A stretch of 64,000 nt of DNA, taken from the NCBI RefSeq assembly GCF_018977255.1, contig NW_024704743.1, positions 19,780,001 to 19,844,000 of the forward strand, in the 5' to 3' direction. Positions 1 through 12,074 of the stretch are shown here, piece after piece (the stretch's first letter is position 1; every line of letters starts with the position of its first letter). The position numbers and the translations under genes were made by a program. The notes under the pieces are model-generated. The model worked only from the letters and a program-made list of their open reading frames with translations, was not told the DNA's origin and searched no databases. The DNA is from Callorhinchus milii (lineage: Eukaryota).

Positions 1-27
1 GGAATCAAATCCTACTTTCATATTAGT

Positions 28-137
28 ATTGCCTACAAAAATAGTCACTACACTTTACAGTATATCATGTGAAGTGCTTTGAGACGCCCTCCTGATGTGT
101 AAGGCACTCCATCAAATGTAAGGATTATTATTATTAT
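28..137 (+). mobile_element. SINE 3' fragment (family B type tail)
   Basis: cactacactttacagtatatcatgtgaagtgctttgagacg...aaatgtaaggattattattatt matches the 3' end seen in dozens of copies in the window. Confidence 0.8.
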
Positions 138-189
138 CATCATGGAGGCCTTGTCTTCAGCAACTACGCTGTTAACCTCTAAAACATCC

Positions 190-372
190 TGCCTCATCCC
201 CTCTTTATCTAGCTTTAAATCCGACCTGAAGACCTCCCTCTTCAACCGTGCCTATTGTCACCTTCCCCTCCCCTTCTCCCTTGCTCAGTGTCCAACCCAT
301 CATTGTACAGTGCCTCAAGACACTGTCCTGCATGTAGGATGCAATATAAATACAACTTGTTGTTGTTGTTGT
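190..372 (+). mobile_element. L2 LINE 3' end fragment
   Basis: Encodes SLSSFKSDLKTSLFNRAY (L2 ORF2 C-terminus motif) and ends in tataaatacaacttg(ttg)n. Confidence 0.8.
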
Positions 373-915
373 ATCATCAAAAAGTCTCCATTTACTTCAA
401 TCCTGCAATAGGAAGACCTGCAAAAAATCACAGGGATTGATTGCACTGAGAGGTGAAATTGTTTCATTTAAATTTATTTAAAACAGTATTCATATCAGCA
501 GCATGATAATTTGTGGGGGAATATGTAGCCTCATTGTCACAGTTTCTTTCCAAGTCCCTCCCTGCCTCACCTGGAGACATTTGCTTTGAGTTTTCAGCTA
601 CTGAGGATTGTAACTGATATTCAACTCCCATTACTGGCTGGATTCTCACTGCACATTTGACCATGGTGTTTTGGCAAATAACAGCCCATTAGTGTTGCAT
701 TTCAAGCGTAAAATGGGGACAATAAAAGTATTTTTCTTTGCAGATAAGTCGATTTGCACAATTGTTTTTGGAGGGGAAAATTAGAAGGTTATGGTCTCCG
801 CCAGGCACATACTTGCAGTGAGAATATACCATCTGGTGAAAACTCTCTGGAGTATTTTCTTATCCATTTTAGCTGCCAGAATCATTTGGGGCTTTGTAAT
901 GTTATGTCACTAGTT

Positions 916-988
916 TCAGTATTTCAAGACCTGCAGATGTCCGATGGAATGAACCAATCTTTTAACCCTGTATAGATGTTGATCCAGC
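916..988 (-). CDS. Candidate terminal coding exon of an unidentified gene: (W)LDQHLYRVKRLVHSIGHLQVLKY*
   Basis: Strong minus-strand acceptor tgctttctctttctcttcctctaag|G. Phase-2 entry matches the phase-2 end of the 25803-25912 candidate. TGA at 918-916. Minus-strand AATAAA at 478-473. No homolog recognised. Confidence 0.4.
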
Positions 989-1639
989 CTTAGAGGAAGA
1001 GAAAGAGAAAGCATCACGTTAATGATTCAATTTCATGTCTTTACACAAAGGGTTAGAAAAGTATGAAAAAGAGTATCCAATGAAGACTATACACAGAGTT
1101 AATTAAGGATATTAAGGGATATTGGAGAAAAGCCTAGGAAATGGCATTGAAGAGTTGCCAAAGACAAACAGCTGAACAGACCAAATTGCCTAATTTATAG
1201 CTAATACTGTTTTGTACTGGTTGACAAACGCATGTGTTGGATATGCATATGAATTTGATGATCAAAACTGCTTTGAATGCTGAGTAAAATAATATTCATT
1301 AAGAACTAATGAGACTTTAGCATCTGTTAGCAATATAATTGAAGGCCTTATATCGGGGCTTAAAATGAACACACGTTACCAAATAATTATAGTATGTGTG
1401 CAATGCTGCTGTTTTTTGTGTGGTGTTGTGCCAGTAGCTGTTTGATTTTATTATGCCCCTCAAGATAATGTCTAACAGTTCTGAAGAGTAGAAAGTGGCA
1501 GCTCAATAATTATCAGATTTATAGTGTTAGCTACAAAACCACTTTAAATTGTTTGGGTGCATTAAGCATAAACATTTAATGACAAACCAATAACCCTGAA
1601 TATCTCAGTCCATGCAACCTGGTTTATTGCCAGTGTCAT

Positions 1640-1775
1640 GACCATCCAGACACAGGGAAATTTTCATGTATGGAATTTTCCATAAATATGTGGAATTCTC
1701 AATCTGGTTTGGATACTGTAAAGTATGGTGATGGATTTCTGCATGAGACAGACATCTGGCTGACCAAATAAAAAT
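1640..1775 (+). repeat. Unclassified old dispersed repeat (copy 1 of 4)
   Basis: ccagacacagggaaattttcat...tctggtttggatact..aag.atggtgatggatttctgcatgagacagaca recurs at 28290-28560 (-), 36995-37250 (+) and 40130-40430 (+). Confidence 0.65.
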
Positions 1776-2221
1776 TGCTCAAATTTCCTGATCTACTGAA
1801 CGAAAATGAAAAGGACTTTCTTGCAGACTATTGGAAACTATAAATAATAATCCTTGCATTTTGTATAGCGCCTTTCATGTCATGAGCACATCCCAAAGCA
1901 CTTTACAGGATTTACTGTGAAGTGTAGTGATTGCATTTGTACTTAAACACAGCAGCCCAATCGCACATAGCAATGTCCCACAGAAGCGCAATGAAAAAAA
2001 ATAAAAAACATTTTATTTGGGGGATTGTTGGCCAGGACACCAAGAGAAACTGTGAGATAACTTACATGCACAAATGTCTCAGCAAAGGAAAATTATTGTG
2101 TTTTGTTTGTGGGATGTTCACGTATGCAAATTACATTTGCCTATAAATATTGACAATACACTTTATAGAAAATTTCGATAAAGCATTTTGAGGTGTTTTG
2201 ATGTTCCAGGCATCATATCAA

Positions 2222-3065
2222 AATAATAAATAATCCTTGGAGTTGATATAGTTCACTATCACATAAAAACATCTAAAAGTCTCCCAAAGAGTTTCTCTTT
2301 AAATTGTAGTGATTGTATATCCAGGCAAACACCACAGCAAATTTGCACACATCAACTTCCCATAAATAGCCATGAAGTGAATTCGTTGATTTCAAAATCC
2401 TCACACTCACCTACAAATCGCCTCATGCCCTAGCACCTCCCAACCTCTCTGCTCTGCTTACACCCCCACGTCTCTGCCTGCCCCCTTCACTCAGCTGGTT
2501 CCAGCCTTCTGCACATCCTTTGTTCCCTCTTTTCCACCATCGGCAGCCATGTTTTCAGCCACTATGCACAGAATCTCTCGAACTCTCTGCCTCAATCCCT
2601 CCGCCTTGCTCCCTTCTTTTCCATCCTCATAACGCACCTAAAGACCATATCGGCCATGCATACGATTACCTCCGCTCTTTCCCTGGTTCAGCATCAAGCT
2701 GCACCACTGTTAAGTGCCACGAGACCCTACCCTGTGTGAAGGGCGCTATATAAATGCAATGTTGTTCTTATTGTTGTTGTTGAATGGTCCATTCTTTTTT
2801 TCTGGGGGATTATTGACTACGGTATTGGAAGAAACTCAAATAGGGCTATGGGAACATCTGCAATTGAATAGGCAGATAGGAGCTTGGAAGATCACCTATC
2901 TCCACAGGCAACTAAGAGCTCATCAGAGGAATTGCACCTCTGACAATGCAGCTCCGCTATAGTATTGGAGTGCCAGCCTAGGTGATGAGCTCAAAATCCT
3001 GACATGGGGCTTGAAGCCACAGCCTTCAGACTCCGAGACAAGAATGATAACCAACTCAGCCAGAT
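2222..3065 (-). mobile_element. Deu-type SINE (family B) interrupted by an L2 insertion
   Basis: Tail at 2222-2382, body and head at 2782-3065 (ggggcttgaagccacagccttcagactc...accaactcagcc). Confidence 0.75.
2383..2781 (+). mobile_element. L2 LINE 3' fragment nested in SINE B
   Basis: ttcaaaatcctcacactcacctacaaa (FKIL.LTYK) through gggcgctatataaatgcaatgttg; flanked by tgaat on both sides (possible TSD). Confidence 0.8.
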
Positions 3066-3150
3066 AAATGCAAAGATTATTTATTTTAAGACTTGGAGTG
3101 TTAAAAAACGAACAAGGTCATTTCTACAAGCCTTTCATAACCTAGGATCT

Positions 3151-3383
3151 CAGGGGAGAAATTTCACCTGGGTCTAGATTTTCAGAGTGTTTTAAAAGCA
3201 TTTCAGAACTTGCAGAATTTGACAAAATCTTAAATTTTGAATCTGTTTTTCTTAAAGTTCTTTGTGGCACTGCTCAAAACTGGGTTCAAAGTTAAGACTG
3301 ATTTCAACAATTTTCCAAATTTAGCACATTCTGAAATGCTAAGAAAATAGGGTAAATCTAAACCCAGGTGGAATCTGTGCTTG
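3151..3383. mobile_element. Palindromic MITE-like element
   Basis: Terminal inverted repeats atttcacctgggtctagattt / aaatctaaacccaggtggaat, plus an inner pair gcatttcagaa / ttctgaaatgc. Confidence 0.65.
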
Positions 3384-4245
3384 TAAATATTAAAATCCTC
3401 CTGGTCTTCACTGATGATCTATTCAATGTTATATTATTAAGTTATAATTTAACTTATAGCCAAATGCTCTCAAGATGCAACCTAGTAATTGATTAGCCTT
3501 CTTCACAGCAATTGTCCTATTTACTGGAAATCTTCAGACACTGAAGGACAAAAAAAAACAGTAATTGGCAACCGTTATCAACCCTCAGCATAAATTTTGC
3601 CAGTAGAGACAGAGAGCTGCTCAGGCAAGTAAAAAAAATTGTCAAGAAAACATAATGTAATAACCCTGATCGATTTCAATTTCCTAAAGTGGTCGTAGCA
3701 GCAACAACTAAAATGGAGGAGAAATTGGATACAAGTAATCTGTGACTCTAAAATGTAAAGCAAAGTGCCATATTAGACAGATTCCGTATTAGATTGAATG
3801 CTCCAAATTGCACCTGATGATCATTTTAGTTTAATTGTTAAGATCAAGTAAAATGATGGAAGATTCTTGAATTCAGTCTCATACAGTGGCAGGTCTAAAC
3901 TGTATTTATAGGTGAACTACAAGTGGAAACGTGTACATAGACCCCAATACCTGAAATTGTGAACCAGTTAAAAGGAGCCTAATTCTTTGGTTGGCATCTT
4001 CGGAAAAGTGTTTCCAACATCTGGAAGTACTGTAGAGTCCCCATCCATAGTAGTCATTCTTAGTCACTTGTGCCAAGTGCTGTAAAACCAATGGAAAAAG
4101 GTCTAATGGGAAACTTTCCCTCAATTATGTACATCTTACAAAAATTGCTCTCACCAAAGCCTTATAGTAAAGATTAACTCAATCTAAGCAATCCTGAGCT
4201 CTGGTTTTTTGTTAGTGATTCCCAAGCAGAGCAAGACATCATCAA

Positions 4246-4498
4246 CTTTCTTCACTCAGAGGGTAGTGAATTTATGGAATTCACTACCCCAGAAGGCTGT
4301 AGATGCTCAGTCCTTGAACATCTTCAAGGCTGAGACTGATAGATTTTTACAAAACAGAGGGATTAGGGGATATGGGGATAGGGCAGGTAATTAGAGTTAG
4401 GTCTGAAGACCAGCAATGATCTTATCGAATGGCGGGGCAGGCTTGAGGGGCTGAATGGCCTACTCCTGCTCCTAATTCTTATGTTCTTATGTTCTTAA
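4246..4498 (+). mobile_element. CR1-clade LINE 3' end
   Basis: FFTQRVVNLWNSLPQKAVDAQSLNIFKAETDRFL, then 3' UTR ggcttgaggggctgaatggcctactcctgctcc and a (ttcttatg)n tail. Confidence 0.9.
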
Positions 4499-4647
4499 GA
4501 TAAGAAATAATAACAATAATCCTTACATTTGATGTAAAGTATTTCATGTCAGAAGGACAATTCAAAGTGCTTCACAGGATATACTGTAAAGTGGTGGTGG
4601 CTGTGTATTTTGAAAGCAAACATTACTGGATAGTCGATATTGTTGTA

Positions 4648-4892
4648 GTAATAATAATAATAATCCTTGCATTTGATATAGCACTTTTCATGTCTTTTCA
4701 GCCAATTGCGCACAGCGGTGTCCTACAAACAGTTGTGGATTGAAGTGACCAATTTTATTTTTTTTTCTCTTGAGGGATTATTATCAGTCGTGTGAAGAAA
4801 GGAAACTTGTCCAAGGTGTTGCCCTGCTGGGAATTGAACCCAGGTCTCTCGTTTGTGAGGCGAGTGCTCTAATCACTGAGCTACAGGACTCC
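4648..4892 (-). mobile_element. tRNA-headed SINE family A, internally deleted subfamily
   Basis: Head ggagtcctgtagctcagtgattagagcactcgcc with A/B boxes; deletion junction cacacgact|gataataatccctc; (TTA)n tail. Confidence 0.85.
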
Positions 4893-5446
4893 AATAATGG
4901 TAGATATTATTGTTTGCTAGAACAATTTAGCAACATACTATTTTGGGAGCACCAAAAGCTTGTATTTAACAATGGCAGCAAGATGTTTCACAGGAATTCT
5001 AATATGCCAGCTTCACATTCATAGCTCGCTTGCACATCATTAACGTTAAGGTCATACGTACTTCATACAGAATCTGTGCAACAAAGATTCTGATTGAAAT
5101 GGGAACTGACTTGATTACTTTGCTTGAGGTGTGAATTTAACACGAGTCTGAATTTAATGCCAAAAAAATTTAAATAAATCAACGTGTGTTTCCGAATCTT
5201 TTAACAAGGGTTTTAATTTTTTAAATCACAGTCATTTCAAAATGACTAGGAACCCCAAAAGCTATTGGGGTCTAATTTGCAATATTTGCAAACTAGACTA
5301 GTTCTGTGAAATCCTATTTCTGGTTTGTAAAAATTTGTGACAAGATTTATGGTCGAAGAATCAGAAATCGCAGGTCGGCACAAGACAAAGTCTAATAAAG
5401 GTCTACCAAGCAAGAAGCCTTTCCCATTTTACAATCTCATAAATAG

Positions 5447-5858
5447 CAAGTAATCCTCGCCCTTTTCAAGTCATCTCAAAGCCCTTCACAGGATTAGCTG
5501 TAATCTGCAGTGACTGTATTTTGTAGGCAGACACGGCAGCCAATTTGCATACAGCAATGTCCCACAAAGAGCCATGAAGTGAATGAGCAATTTTGTCAAG
5601 GGGACTGTTGGCCAGGAAACTGAGAGAAATTCCCTTCTCTTTTTAAATAGTGCCGTGGTATCTATAACACCCTCAACAGGAAGACAGAACTTTGGTTTAG
5701 CAGCTCATCTGAAGGGCGGCATATCCAACAATGAAACACACCCCCAGCACTGCACTGGAGTGTCAGCCTAACAGTGAGTTTTAAGTCCCAATGTGGGGCT
5801 TGAACCCACAAACAACTGACTCAAAGGCAAGAGTGCTACCAACAGAGCCAGGCTAACA
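5447..5858 (-). mobile_element. Deu-type SINE family B, near full length
   Basis: Head tgttagcctggctctgttggtagcactcttgcc; central ctgacactccagtgcagtgct and tcctggccaacag; 3' tttgtgggacattgctgtatgcaaattggctgcc. Confidence 0.85.
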
Positions 5859-5910
5859 CATATGTATGCTGTTACAATACAATTTACATTTATTTAGTGT
5901 CTTTCATGTG

Positions 5911-6195
5911 TGTCAGCCTGGTGCAGTGGTAGCACTCTCACCTCTAAGTCAGAAGGTTGTGGGTTCAAGCTCCACGACCAGTTGTGTTGACATCAAACCA
6001 ATTCAATCCACTTTACAGTATATCCTGTGAAGCACTTTGAGACTTCTCAATGATATGAAAGGGTGCTATATCAAATGCAAGAATTATGAAATGCAAGGAT
6101 TATTAAAATACAGTCATTCAGTACATCTTGTGAAGTGATTTGAGAAGTCTCGATGACTTGATTAGGTGTGATATCAAATGCAAGGATTACTATTA
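5911..6195 (+). mobile_element. SINE B head with body deleted, followed by two tandem 3' tails
   Basis: tgtcagcctggtgcagtggtagcactctc...gggttcaagctccac, then tails at 6000-6105 and 6107-6195. Confidence 0.75.
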
Positions 6196-7479
6196 ATGCA
6201 TAGCAGGAAGACATCCCAAAGCGCTTGACAATTCCAGCTGGGCTCGATTGTGGGTGTGGGTCGGGGGGGGGGGGTGGGGGGAGAGAAGTGGGAAGGGGCG
6301 GGGAAAGATGGGCAAAGCACAGTCATTGAGGTTTGATGCTCACATGATGTTAATCATCCTCCCAGAATAGTTCCTCAACTGAGGAAGTGACAGCAGGCTT
6401 CTCTAGGACTCTTGATAAGGATAGTTTTGAACCATAGTTGTCTCCAGGAAGGGATATACTCAGTTGATACATGACAGCACTTGTAATAACAGAGGGATGA
6501 GCTTCTGTGAGGTGATGAAACATTTGGATGTAAAATACAGTTTGCAGTAAATCCCATGATCCACATTGAGAAATCTTCCTGACGTAAAAGGTGCCATAAC
6601 AAATGCAAGGATTATTATTATAAATAGTAAAACAATATCTCTAGAAAAGAATATGATGTAACTATTTGCATATAAATAGGTAAGTGAAAGGTGCACTTAT
6701 TGAAAACAATTTCTAAAAATGCAATTATTTTTTNCTGCAATTTATTTTTCTCTGTAAATATATTGAAAGTATTTAAATTAACTCTGATTTTCAGTCGTTG
6801 CAATCTAAAAAACCATGGCCGTTCTTTTATTTAATGAATACAACAATTTTCTTATTTATTCATAACTTTACAAGGTTGCTTATTTCTAATATCAAACAGT
6901 ATTTCAAATTACGCTTCAATGTAGCAATCTAAAGAATGCATGATTTTTTTTCTTATTATCTTCTAGCAATCACCCTGATTTGCAAGCAATCGTACACTAA
7001 TGGTTGTAATCGTAACCATCTTGTGCCTCTCAGATATATGACATCTCCAATACAGTGAATAACACCACTCACAACAGCTCAACACATATTGCTAATATTG
7101 CTTTCTGTTTGCGCAGAGTGGTGCAAGCAATTTACAAACACAAATGGAGCTGAACATTATTTGAACTTGTGACTCAATCTAAACTTGTGCTGAAAGAATT
7201 CAGAGCTGGTAGCGATGAACTTAATATTTGTTATCAACATCAGCTTGCATTTATATAGCGCTATTTACATAAATGAATGTTTGAATATAAGAGCAATGAA
7301 CACCCTGCTCTAATATTACAAATCTAGAATTCTTATTTGCTTGGGAGCATTTCTTGAGCAGGATGGAGGAAGGTTACCGATACCGAAGCAGGGCATCAAG
7401 CTGACAGACCAACAAGGCAAACTGCTCAGTCATCTGTCCCCAACCCAGTTGTATATTGTAGTAATTAATAATAATTTGG

Positions 7480-7757
7480 TCATTCAAATGTTTTATGGGA
7501 TTTTTTTGGCTGCCACATTTCGCCCACAAAAATATACAGTCAATTCACTTTACAGTGATAAATAATCCTTGCATTTGATATAGTGACTTATCACGTCTTC
7601 TAGACATCTCAAAGTACTCCACAGTAAAGTGGATTGACTGTATGTTATTTTGTAGGCGAAATATATATTCTGTATGTATTCTCTGTATTCTATGAAGCAC
7701 TTTGAGATGTCTCAACAACGTGAAATATTTGCTATACCAAATGCAAAGATTATTATT
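7480..7757. mobile_element. SINE 3' fragment carrying an antisense SINE 3' fragment (7560-7660)
   Basis: Plus-strand tail is split after cactttacagt by the reverse-complement tail aataatccttgcatttgatatag... Confidence 0.7.
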
Positions 7758-7906
7758 ACAACTTCTCATTGCATTCCCATTACACAAAATAATTAAGACT
7801 AACCCAAATTTCATCACATCTATGAGGAACTGGCTGTTACCACACTAGATGCTGGAAATGATATGTGTGAACCAGGCACATACCCTATTCAAGCAGGTTC
7901 TGGCAG

Positions 7907-8610
7907 AGTAGTAGGAATTCAAAAGGTCAGTTTGGTGTCTTAGGGATAAGGTGAGGGGAGCTCAGGAGAGGATCGGTTGAAGGTATTGGAACAGGCGGTG
8001 GGAGAAATAAGGAAACATGAGGCGAAGCCAGGAGGAGTCTGGAGAAGAGGGCATGTTAGAAGGTGTGAGAGAAAGTTGGGGAGAAAGATTGAGGGGAAAA
8101 ATTGAGGAGATCCCAGAGAGGTAGGGAGGAGGAGAAGCCTTCTACGTCAGGGGTGGAAAGAGCATTGGACTTGACAAAAATGGTGGGGGGTGAATTATTG
8201 AAGGTGGAAAGACCCGAGATGGAAGCACAGGTAAAAAGTAGGAAACCAAAAAAGAAAAAGGTTCAGGGGAGTTAAGGGGGTCAAGGAGGTTAAAGGAAAG
8301 TGTGCAAACAGACATGATGGTCAAAGAGAACATTATTTGGAGGCTCAAGGAAAGACTGAAGAAGGAGGCAGCAAGGCAAGCATGGTTGGTGATATGTGCA
8401 ACAAGGAGGCATTATGATAGTTAAGGAACAGGCTGGTCTGCCATGAAAGTAAGTTAATGAAGATGAATGTGGTACAGCAGGTGGGCAAGAGTGTGCTGGA
8501 CTACGTTTGGCAAAACATTCAAAAGAAAGGAGAGTAGGAAGGACTCCAAATGTCCTTGACAGCAGCAGATGAACTTTCTGTGAGAAGTTGGAAGAGCAGC
8601 ACTGTGTGAA
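7907..8610 (-). mobile_element. Decayed internal L2 ORF2 fragment (EN-RT linker region)
   Basis: Purine-rich plus strand with motifs similar to 13600-14700 of the long L2 copy. Confidence 0.55.
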
Positions 8611-8979
8611 TGTCATTTTTGTTGTTATTTGTTTTGAATTGGTTTGGTAAAGGGCAATTCTGTGCCTAGTTGTGGGATTTGTTTTATGAATTTTGTATAT
8701 TTTTTTACCGAGTCAATTAACCTAAGAATAAAAGAGTTATTTAATACGCCGGTGTTATGGATTGAGAATCATTACACTTAAGTATAAAATACTTTCTTAT
8801 TGTAGGTAAATGCAACAGCGAATTTGTGCACATTTAGCATGACACTACATCATCATACAAGCAGCGGAGAAGGTAGAGACAGAGATTCAGAATAGTGCCT
8901 AATAGCTTATTCCACATAATTACTTTTTTTTGTTTTCCTATACAGAAATAAAATAGTTGAATTGCTGCAACTAACTGTT

Positions 8980-9333
8980 AACTCCGGTAGCATAGCGGTT
9001 AGAGGACTTGACTCACAAGCGAGAGGATTCCTGGGTGAGTCAAAACCTTAGGGAAGTTTCCTTACTCCGTAAGCCTCAGTTTATCCAGCAGTAAGTAGGA
9101 ACCTGGTTGTTAGTGATTGGCGGATCACTTTTCGGGGGTATGTAATCTATCCAAAAAATAAATAGATTAAATTTGGTCGTTCAATCCATGACTGTTTGTG
9201 GGATGTTTTTAAGCTGCCACTTTTCGCCCACAAAATACACAGTCAATCCACTTTACAATATATTCTATGAACTGTTTTTTGAGACATCTCAATGATGTGA
9301 TAAGGCTCTATATCTAATGCAAGAATTATTATT
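8980..9333 (+). mobile_element. SINE family A, near full length, diverged
   Basis: tRNA-like head, ccttagggaagtttccttactcc..gcctcagttt CORE-like segment, gactgtttgtggga, L2-like tail. Confidence 0.85.
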
Positions 9334-11049
9334 AATATAATCACTAACTATTACGTTTTGTAGCAATTGTGGGCCCAAGCTCAAATACCTGATTTATTAG
9401 TCCACTGCCTCACCTTTTATAACACTTATATCGAAAATCTTGCATTGCAACCTGTGTCCTTAAAAGAAATTAAGCACTTAGCAGGTTTTTGAGCGCTCCT
9501 GGACAGGTTTTATTTTTCTCATAACTACAATGAATAAGGAATGACCTGAGGAGTATGGAGTAGTGATCTGGATGGGTGTGATCAGATTTACCAGCTTTCA
9601 CAAACACATTGGCCCAACTTGCTCCTGTTCATCAATTAACTGACAAAGCTCTGAACACATTTGAAATCACTTGTTAATTCAATTGTTGTACCAATAAAGA
9701 ATAAGATTTTCAGATATCTTCACTGCAAATCCTGCCCATTTTTCTTACAAGTATTACTTATGACAGCTCAAAGTATAAATCCACTGAGCCTCTGATAGGC
9801 TGAATCTCTTAGTGATGACTTACGACCTACAATGGCAATGGCACATTGGGCCATCAAACAACGCAGTCTTGTTTCCTTTGTGGCACATTTGCTCCCCAAA
9901 ATGCAGTCAATCCACTTTACATTATATCCTGTGAAGCACTTTAAGACTTCTCAACAACGTGCTATATCAAATGCAAAAACAAATGGATAGATTATATTCT
10001 TCATCCCAAACCACATATTCCACACACAAATAACAATTGGGAAAAAAAACTAAACAAGGAGCTACAAATCTTATTTTATAAACTCAACTTATTCAACTCA
10101 TCCCATAGGATTTATTCTTAACACTTATGTTTCCAGCAGCTTTAGGGAAATGTCTGCTTTGCTCCTTTGGAGAATTGTGCTAAAAGGTGTGATGGTGAAA
10201 TAATCATTCATGCCCTGCTTAAGGTACAATACCGCTTCCAGCAATGAAGCAATTGGGAGCGTGATTTATTATTCCTGTTCCTAATCATATTAGCCAAAGC
10301 TAAGCAGAGTTCTGTGAAAGGACCACTAATTGTATGTACAGAGGTCTACTTAACAGTTTACGTTTCTAATATTATTGAAGAACTGGCCGTGGACCTATTT
10401 TTGGATGACATTAAATAGTTGGTTTAACACTACTCCTGAGATTCCAAATGTTTTTTTAAAATGAAATAAAAATGATTTACAACAAAAGACTAATTGAGCT
10501 TGTCAAGAGCTTTTTAAAGAAAAATCTGGATGAAGCTGTGCAAAATCGCACATCAAAATGACAAAATTGTTAAGGAGCTTAACACAAGGAACCTAGCACA
10601 GGGTTAACAGAAATTAATATGAGTGTCTGCTGAATAACATCTACATATCACCACTGGTGAGCACTTGCAAACTATTAAATATTCGAACTTTACTCAGAAT
10701 CCCATGTCCCCAAATTAAAATTAATCTGAACATTTCCATCTCTGATAATCTGTGGACATTTCCACGGCACCATGGTAATATAGAAAATATAGACAAATCT
10801 GTCGAAAAATACACAGTCACTGCACTTTAGAGTATATCCTGTGAAGCGTTTTGGGCGTCCTCCTGACGTGAAAAGCGCTATGTCAAGTGTAATGATTATT
10901 ATGATTATTATTAATAAATACTGACAAATATGTCTGTCACAATTCAACAGCTATATTATAAATTAAACAACTTACATGATAGAAATAGATACAATGTCAT
11001 AATGTACATGATATGAATGAGAAATAGCATAAAACCTGGGTAACCATTG

Positions 11050-11330
11050 GTGATTCAGGCATTCAGCATCTCTGCCCCACACTCTGGAACTCTATCCCTC
11101 AATGCCTCCGCTTCATCCCATCTTGCCTCCTTCAAATCCAGTCTAAAGACCTTCCTCTTCAACCATGCCTTCGGCCACATTGCCTCCCCCAAACACACCC
11201 CCACTCTCGACCTCCACCCCTCCTGACTCTAACTCGGGTGCAAAAACCTCTGATTGTCTGATTGTCAACCACCCTGGGACGTCTCTCCGATGTGAAGGGC
11301 GCTATACAAGTGTAATTTGTTATTGTTGTT
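11050..11330 (+). mobile_element. L2 LINE 3' fragment
   Basis: gcattcagc..ctctgccccacactctggaactc...ctgggacgtctctccgatgtgaagggcgctatacaagtg(ttg)n. Confidence 0.85.
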
Positions 11331-11334
11331 AAGT

Positions 11335-11540
11335 CTCTCGGAATCATGGGCAACAATGCCACAAATAAAATTGGCCATTTACTTCATGGATGTTTTTAGG
11401 ACATTGCTGTGCACAAATTGGCTGCCACATTCTCCTACTAGATATAGTCACTACACTTTACAGTGAGTCCTGTGAAACTCTTTCAGTAGACCTCCTGACG
11501 TGAAAGGCGCTATACCAAATGCAATGATGATTGTCATTAT
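11335..11540 (+). mobile_element. SINE family B 3' half
   Basis: ggacattgctgtgcacaaattggctgccac...cctcctgacgtgaaaggcgctatacc. Confidence 0.8.
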
Positions 11541-12074
11541 TAAAGGATTGTCTTCAAATAGTATGCATGTTAATTCTGACTACAATTAGACTCTATAACT
11601 CTAGAGAATGTTGCTTTTGGAAATGATAATAATAATCCTTGCGTTTGATGTATCACATTTCACATAAGGAAAATATCTCAAAACAATGCACAGGATTTAC
11701 TGCAAAGTGTTGTGACTATAACCTCAGAGATGTAATATAATCTGAACTCCTGTTGAATAAAAGGAATGCTACTTATTTACTGTGGCTTTAAATCGATCGG
11801 ACTTTAGTCCAGTGTCAAATCTGAAATTGGTAGAAGAAAATAACTAAAGTTCTCTACAATTTTATAGTATAGTTCTCATAATACCGTTATTGAAAGTTTG
11901 GAATACGATTCTGCAAATATTGGAAAGAAAGTAACACACTTGGTAATATAATTTGTGCTGATATTTAACAGACTGATGGCATATCAGTGGCCTGGTGGTT
12001 AGCATAGGACTGCACTGCAGGAGATGTAGTCTTGTCGTAGTGTATGATTTCCATTTATAACTAGCAAAAATGAA

